Source: Candidatus Hodarchaeota archaeon
Lineage (GTDB): Archaea; Asgardarchaeota; Heimdallarchaeia; Hodarchaeales; Hodarchaeaceae
DNA: 12,243 nt
NCBI GenBank assembly: GCA_029856365.1
Contig: JAHQWW010000116.1
Coordinates: 1-12,243 of the forward strand
Direction: 5' to 3'
Of this stretch, positions 7,277 through 12,243 are shown one piece after another (position 1 is the stretch's first letter; each line of letters begins with the position of its first letter). The notes under the pieces are model-generated. The model was not told the origin of the DNA. It worked only from the letters and a program-made list of their open reading frames with translations, and made no database searches. Both the position numbers and the translations under genes were made by a program.

Positions 7277-10200
7277 ATTCTTTCGACATATATGCATCCA
7301 ATCGTCCAACAACGTCTGCTTTTCTCCTAAGTCTGATATTAGACTTAATTTGTTTGATTTTAGCTGCTGATAATCCATAAATCTGCTTCAAACCATCTTC
7401 TGGCCAGTAGAGGAAATCAATAATCCGTGTAATCCCTCTTTTAACCAGTTCTTGAGCGACTGGAATAGGTAACCCTGCTAGTCGTACAATTGGATTTTCC
7501 AAATCTCGAATACACGCGTTTATTAGCTTTGTTGGAACAACCTCTTCAGGAATGAAGTTATATCTCTTAAGATGGAAGTAGAGGTCCTCAATATTATCAA
7601 TACCGATTTCCTGTAGGGAAGTAATATATTCTTCAGGGATCCTTACAAAATTCTCGATAGGTGTCCCTAGATTCTTTTTTCGTTTCAAAGAACCAAGATT
7701 CATTTTTCGGTATTTTGAAATCTCATACCGTTTTATTTCAAGTAGTTCTGCTAGGTCGTCTTTGGGCCAAAACAGAAACTCAATCGTAGAAGCAATCCCT
7801 GCATTGTATAATAAGGGGATCTTCTGTGGAAAGTTTTCCTGTACATTGGGTAAGATGGCAACAGGTTTTTCAAGAACCTGTTTCACAGCCTCAACAGGTT
7901 TAATAAGAGATTTTGTTAATCTTTCTGTATCTAACCGGAAGTATAGGTCAACAACATTATCAATCCCAAGTTTTTGAATTTGGTCTAACTGTTTCGGAGT
8001 AAATGCTCGAAGAGATGATAATTTAACACGAAATTCTGTATCAGTTTTTTTATGGGTAATAATATCTACTAAATTTATCGATTTTTTTGCTATATTATAT
8101 TCTTCTTCTACAATAATACCCATAGGATCTTCTAATTGGGAAAAATCAGTCTTGATCAGCTGAGTAACAGAGGTTATGCCATTGAACGCCAATGGGGTAA
8201 CATATTGAGGAGGAAGTAAAGTATAGTAAGCTAGAGATGAGTTGAGGGCATCTTTTAAATTAACCAGTCGAGATTTTATTTGATCAGAAACAGGAATTGT
8301 TTCTAAGTCGACGAATAATAAATCTTCTAATACTAGGATCCCATATTTTTCTACTTCCTCAAAATCGATGTATCCCGTTTCAACATATGTATGAAGAGGA
8401 GTATCTTCTTCGGTGATTTCTTCAGTAGCTTGAAAATCGTATTCTTTCTTCAGGTTAATTATTTCAGAGGGATTCATTCCCAATAGTTTCGCTAAAGCAC
8501 TATTTGGGGCGAAAAACCAATCAGAAATCGTTGTCACTCCATTCTGTGACAACTTCCGCAAATCACTCAATGGAAGCTCTTCAGTCAATCTGTTAATCGG
8601 AGCTTCAAGAATTTCATAAATCTTTTTGATTTCATCAATATCAAACTCTTTTCTATCCCGTAGGATTAATTCTTGTATAGAAGTAATATTTTTATCCTCT
8701 AATTCAGAAATAACTTTAGATGGAAGAACATCTGAGAAATTATGGAGTGAAATCATTTCATCTTCTAAACATTTTATTACTTCTGGCATTTTGATTCCTG
8801 TAACTAGTCCCCGAACTTTGGGTGATGTAGTACCTAATTTTTCAGCGAGTTCTCTGATATTTTTGTCCAATAATGCTCCAATACGTTTAATTGAATGCTT
8901 TTGAAGTGTTTGAATCCAATCTAAAGAAATACCAGGAATGAAACAAATTGGAACGGTCAAAAATTGAGCTATTTCAAGAAAACTAAGCGAATCTAACTCA
9001 GTATATAATTCTACGGGATCAGCTTCTAATATCGCTTCAATTCGTTCCGAAGAAGTGGAATACACATCTTGTAATGTCTCAACTCGTTTTTGTTTCAGTT
9101 TTTTAACAATTTCACGATCAACCCCCAGTACCAAACCGAGAGGTATGGCCATTATAGAGAATAATTGTTCCCATCTGTCTCTGTCAATACGTACCTTCTT
9201 ATCACCTTCTTTTTTAAGAAATATGTCTTCATTTGGGTTAGTTAAAAGATCAAAAGCAGTTTTTATTTCCGCATGATGTAATGTAGCAAGATATTTTTGA
9301 GGAAAATCAAGTCTATCAATTGATACTCGTTTTAAGAAGGTCAAAATTGCATTGAGGTTAATTGAATCTTGAATAGCCTTTATTCTAGCTGATGGTAACA
9401 TTGTCCGCGCCTCAAGTTCATCCTGAGACTCCATCATTAGATCTAAAACCATTCTAATTTTTCCTTTCCGTAAAATGTTATTTTCTTCCTGTGTAGAAAC
9501 TGGACTAATCTCAATCGGCATTTCTAAAACAGTTTTTACGTCTACAATTTCCTGCCAATCGATATCGCTATTAACAAAGGTTTTGGGTGTAGCAACATAA
9601 TATAAATCTGCTAAACTCTCTATTCCTAAACGAGCGAGTTTTCTAACGGTGTTTCTATCGAAAAGAGAAACTCGGGCTAAAGGAACCATCTTTTCCTCTT
9701 TAATGGCCTTAATGTTAGTGAAATTAAGATCTTTTTTCATTGTGATCACTTGTTTAAGATCGAGATCTAGAATATTTGCGATCTGGTCATCAGGAGTTGT
9801 CAAAAAATCAAAAATAGTTAAAATTTGTTCATCAGCTAATATTTGAAGTTGTTTTCGGGGGAGTCCTTCAAGAATTGATACCGATGTTTCTGTCGATTCA
9901 CGCAATTGGACAAGATTAACCTTCTTTCTTAAATTAGCAACATTCTCTGGAGGGGTTTTTAGAATTTCAGAGAGCTCTTCTTCAGATGTTATTAAGAATC
10001 GAATTATTGTATCAATCCGTTTCTTAACCAAATTATCAATGTATTTGTCTGCAATGATCCCACTGAGAAATGTCATGGGAAGTTCAAGTGCTGAGATTGC
10101 TTTCTCTACATAGCTCCAATCAAGCTCATCATCTTCATCCAGCATATCTTCTGAGGCTGTGAAATAGAGATCTTCTACTGTTTCGATACCATAACCTAAT

Positions 10201-12242
10201 AATGTTGAGATTGTTTTACGATTGTATCCACAAACGTTTTCTAGTGGCATTCCATGTTCTTTTATCGCTACTGACTGTTTCAACTCTTCAATACGTTTTA
10301 GAGACATTGGAAGGATTGATTTCAGCTCATCAATAGGCCAGTAAATTAGTTTGATTATTTGATCGATTCCACTACTGGCTAATTTTTCAAGACCATCATG
10401 GGAGACGCGAATTGCTGACTGATCAGAACTGCTTCGTAACTGAAGCATTGCCACTGGAGTCTCAAGGATTCGTTGATATCTTTCAATTGTCTTCCACCTC
10501 ACACCCATTACCCCAAAAGTGTCTTTCTGGGCACAGAAATATATATTTTCTACCGTAGAGTATCCTTTAGCATTCAAGGATTTCATTTCAGTGGCAGATA
10601 AAACACCCAGGTCAACGAGTGGCATACCAGGGTTGAATTCAGTGAAATCTGACAATATATTATTTACAAAATTTTCGTCACGTCCAATTATTTCTGCAAT
10701 ATTTGCTCTTGACCAACTAATCAAATTAATAAAGGTATTTATATGGTTATTATGGAGGTTAGCAACCCATCTAGGTTTGATTTGAGGGATTCGTGAAATT
10801 GGTGTAAGAAAAAGTGTATCCAGTTGTGATAAATCACGATTAGAGAGGTAAAATTGTTTTATTTTTTCATTTGAATAAGGAAGATTGTAATAAAGGCCCT
10901 GAAGGCTAAGATCTGACTGAAGTAGCTTTTGCCAAGATTTACTCTCCAAATTACTTGTTAGTACAGAGAGAGGAAGGCTTTTGGAATCGACAAGATTTTT
11001 AATTTCATCGGGGGAAATTTTGCTTTTTGTTCGCTCAATAAGCTTGTATGACATTCCCGTTTTTCGATGTAAATCGGTGTCTGGCCAGATAAGAAAATCA
11101 ATAATTCGTGAAACACCTAAGTGATGAAGTGTCTGATAGTATTTACTTGGAATAGGAAGAAAACAAATAGGAACATTTAGGAGATTGAGTAATTCTTCTA
11201 TCCTATTATGAAATGTCTTAGGTTTCAATGTATGCTCGGATAAAGTGGCTTGCAACTCTTCTAGACAGAGAATATGTTGAGAATCAAGTTTATCACGTTC
11301 TTCTGGGGTTAAAAGAGGGATAGGTGTGCCATATGTTCTTTTGATTGTTTCTAGGATTTCTTGATCCATATTTTTTAGCTTTAACAGAGTCATTGATGGA
11401 TAGCGTGTAAAATCATAAACCGTTTGAATTCCCAAATTCTTTAGCTGGGTTTCTAATTCTAAATCAAGCCACCAGGCGGCTTTTGTAGGGAATATTTCAT
11501 GCTCTTGCTCAATTTGCTCTAAAATTTCGTCCTGTTTCATGGATATAAGATGAGGCACAAAATCTCGAATAATCTGTAAGTCTTTTTCATTTGCTAGAAG
11601 AAAATCTATGAATCCTTTAATTTCAAGACGGTCCAAATCTGATATCATTACTTCTTGAAGAGCAGCAACTTTCAAGAAAGCTTTCTCTTCGTTTAGCTGT
11701 TCAAACTCTTCGTTTTGAACTCTTTTCGAGCGAAGGATTAGATTCTCAACCAATTCTGATATGTCTGCTAATTTTTCAGTTGGGGTCTGTAAAAATTCAT
11801 TGATTTTTGAAATATTTCTTCCTCTTAAACGTGGTGTGACACGATAATCCATCCAATCAAAAGTTGCAGCACCAATTACTTTCTCAGGGTCAATGTATCC
11901 TTCTTTTATACCACTTTTGTTTTCTTTTTTAACGCTTTCAAGTAATAGAATTGACAAATTTGGAATTGTTGATATTTTTTCTGGGAATGCAATCATATAA
12001 TCTAAAATATTATGAATCTTTGCCGATTTCAGGTTTTTTTCCACTTTTTCAGTTACCCAAGGAAATATTCTCAGACTATATGTTTTTCCTGGATTATTTA
12101 CCAGATGTTCATCTATTGCGTTTTGTTTTGCCTCATAAATCAGTTTTTCAGGAAAACTCTCTACTAACCGTAGTTGGGAAATGGAGGTAGCAAAAAAATC
12201 AAGAGATGAGACAATCCATCTTTTATTTAATGCTTTATGAAT
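7275..12242 (-). CDS. Giant tandem helix-hairpin-helix (alphaCTD/RadA-NTD/HHH_5-like) repeat protein, 5'-partial (>=1655 aa)
   Basis: The frame stays open upstream of the tracked GTG (12044) to the window edge, adding 66 codons (IHKALNKRWIVSSLDFFATSISQLRLVESFPEKLIYEAKQN...IFPWVTEK) that themselves fit the repeat consensus. The recurrent motif is P-h-x-x-h...L-x-x-x-G-I-x-x-h-x-D-[FL]-h-x-x-P-x-x-x-L, e.g. PIVRLAGLPIPVAQELVKRGITRIIDFLYWPEDGLKQIYGLSAAKIKQIK. Confidence 0.9.
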   Translation of the reverse strand: MHKALNKRWIVSSLDFFATSISQLRLVESFPEKLIYEAKQNAIDEHLVNNPGKTYSLRIFPWVTEKVEKNLKSAKIHNILDYMIAFPEKISTIPNLSILLLESVKKENKSGIKEGYIDPEKVIGAATFDWMDYRVTPRLRGRNISKINEFLQTPTEKLADISELVENLILRSKRVQNEEFEQLNEEKAFLKVAALQEVMISDLDRLEIKGFIDFLLANEKDLQIIRDFVPHLISMKQDEILEQIEQEHEIFPTKAAWWLDLELETQLKNLGIQTVYDFTRYPSMTLLKLKNMDQEILETIKRTYGTPIPLLTPEERDKLDSQHILCLEELQATLSEHTLKPKTFHNRIEELLNLLNVPICFLPIPSKYYQTLHHLGVSRIIDFLIWPDTDLHRKTGMSYKLIERTKSKISPDEIKNLVDSKSLPLSVLTSNLESKSWQKLLQSDLSLQGLYYNLPYSNEKIKQFYLSNRDLSQLDTLFLTPISRIPQIKPRWVANLHNNHINTFINLISWSRANIAEIIGRDENFVNNILSDFTEFNPGMPLVDLGVLSATEMKSLNAKGYSTVENIYFCAQKDTFGVMGVRWKTIERYQRILETPVAMLQLRSSSDQSAIRVSHDGLEKLASSGIDQIIKLIYWPIDELKSILPMSLKRIEELKQSVAIKEHGMPLENVCGYNRKTISTLLGYGIETVEDLYFTASEDMLDEDDELDWSYVEKAISALELPMTFLSGIIADKYIDNLVKKRIDTIIRFLITSEEELSEILKTPPENVANLRKKVNLVQLRESTETSVSILEGLPRKQLQILADEQILTIFDFLTTPDDQIANILDLDLKQVITMKKDLNFTNIKAIKEEKMVPLARVSLFDRNTVRKLARLGIESLADLYYVATPKTFVNSDIDWQEIVDVKTVLEMPIEISPVSTQEENNILRKGKIRMVLDLMMESQDELEARTMLPSARIKAIQDSINLNAILTFLKRVSIDRLDFPQKYLATLHHAEIKTAFDLLTNPNEDIFLKKEGDKKVRIDRDRWEQLFSIMAIPLGLVLGVDREIVKKLKQKRVETLQDVYSTSSERIEAILEADPVELYTELDSLSFLEIAQFLTVPICFIPGISLDWIQTLQKHSIKRIGALLDKNIRELAEKLGTTSPKVRGLVTGIKMPEVIKCLEDEMISLHNFSDVLPSKVISELEDKNITSIQELILRDRKEFDIDEIKKIYEILEAPINRLTEELPLSDLRKLSQNGVTTISDWFFAPNSALAKLLGMNPSEIINLKKEYDFQATEEITEEDTPLHTYVETGYIDFEEVEKYGILVLEDLLFVDLETIPVSDQIKSRLVNLKDALNSSLAYYTLLPPQYVTPLAFNGITSVTQLIKTDFSQLEDPMGIIVEEEYNIAKKSINLVDIITHKKTDTEFRVKLSSLRAFTPKQLDQIQKLGIDNVVDLYFRLDTERLTKSLIKPVEAVKQVLEKPVAILPNVQENFPQKIPLLYNAGIASTIEFLFWPKDDLAELLEIKRYEISKYRKMNLGSLKRKKNLGTPIENFVRIPEEYITSLQEIGIDNIEDLYFHLKRYNFIPEEVVPTKLINACIRDLENPIVRLAGLPIPVAQELVKRGITRIIDFLYWPEDGLKQIYGLSAAKIKQIKSNIRLRRKADVVGRLDAYMSKE
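7320..12242 (-). repeat. Protein-level tandem array of ~25-27 degenerate 50-65 aa HhH-like modules
   Basis: Module cores counted by eye include AKIHNILDY, RNISKINEF, LEIKGFIDF, LGIQTVYDF, LGVSRIIDF, NHINTFINL, KGYSTVENIYF, SGIDQIIKL, YGIETVEDLYF, KRIDTIIRF, EQILTIFDF, LGIESLADLYY, GKIRMVLDL, AEIKTAFDL, KRVETLQDV, HSIKRIGAL, KNITSIQEL, NGVTTISDW, YGILVLEDL, NGITSVTQL, LGIDNVVDLYF, AGIASTIEF, IGIDNIEDLYF and RGITRIIDF. No nucleotide-level identity between units is obvious. Confidence 0.8.
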
Positions 12243-12243
12243 A

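Noticed and set aside
12042-12044. GTG start assigned to the 1589-aa ORF
   Set aside because: The frame has no stop up to the window edge and the upstream codons continue the repeat pattern, so the GTG is an internal Val.
7762-12190. Six short plus-strand ORFs within the giant gene
   Set aside because: Antisense shadows with no motifs; the minus-strand frame explains the region.
7275-12243. Labelling the giant ORF top6B, radA or topo V
   Set aside because: No GHKL, Walker A or other catalytic motif is visible in the window, so Top6B fusion remains a hypothesis only.
1-12243. CRISPR arrays, tRNA/rRNA, IS elements, or a defence island
   Set aside because: I saw no spaced nucleotide repeats, cloverleaf or GC-rich structured segments, or transposase/integrase motifs. 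The Top6A looks like a housekeeping-type subunit rather than a JetD-like nuclease.

Overview
This AT-rich, gene-dense archaeal window is most likely from an Asgard archaeon (Heimdallarchaeia/Hodarchaeales-like). That assignment is inferred from a Rab-like small GTPase with no prenylation tail and a Top6A closely resembling eukaryotic TOP6A/SPO11-3. There are seven credible CDSs. On the left, two degenerate NadE (NAD synthetase)-fold paralogues flank an ArsB/NhaD (P-protein-like) permease. In the centre is the Rab-like GTPase. On the right is a co-oriented minus-strand cluster: a giant (>1650 aa, 5'-truncated) protein built almost entirely of ~25-27 alphaCTD/RadA-NTD-like helix-hairpin-helix modules, then topoisomerase VI subunit A with an extra N-terminal beta-grasp/PB1-like domain, then a small atypical kinase-fold protein. 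I saw no RNA genes, CRISPR arrays or mobile elements. The best candidate for an undescribed system is the HhH-array giant coupled to the eukaryote-like Top6A. The second is the pair of NadE-like pseudoenzymes. All family assignments come from motif recognition by eye; no searches were run.
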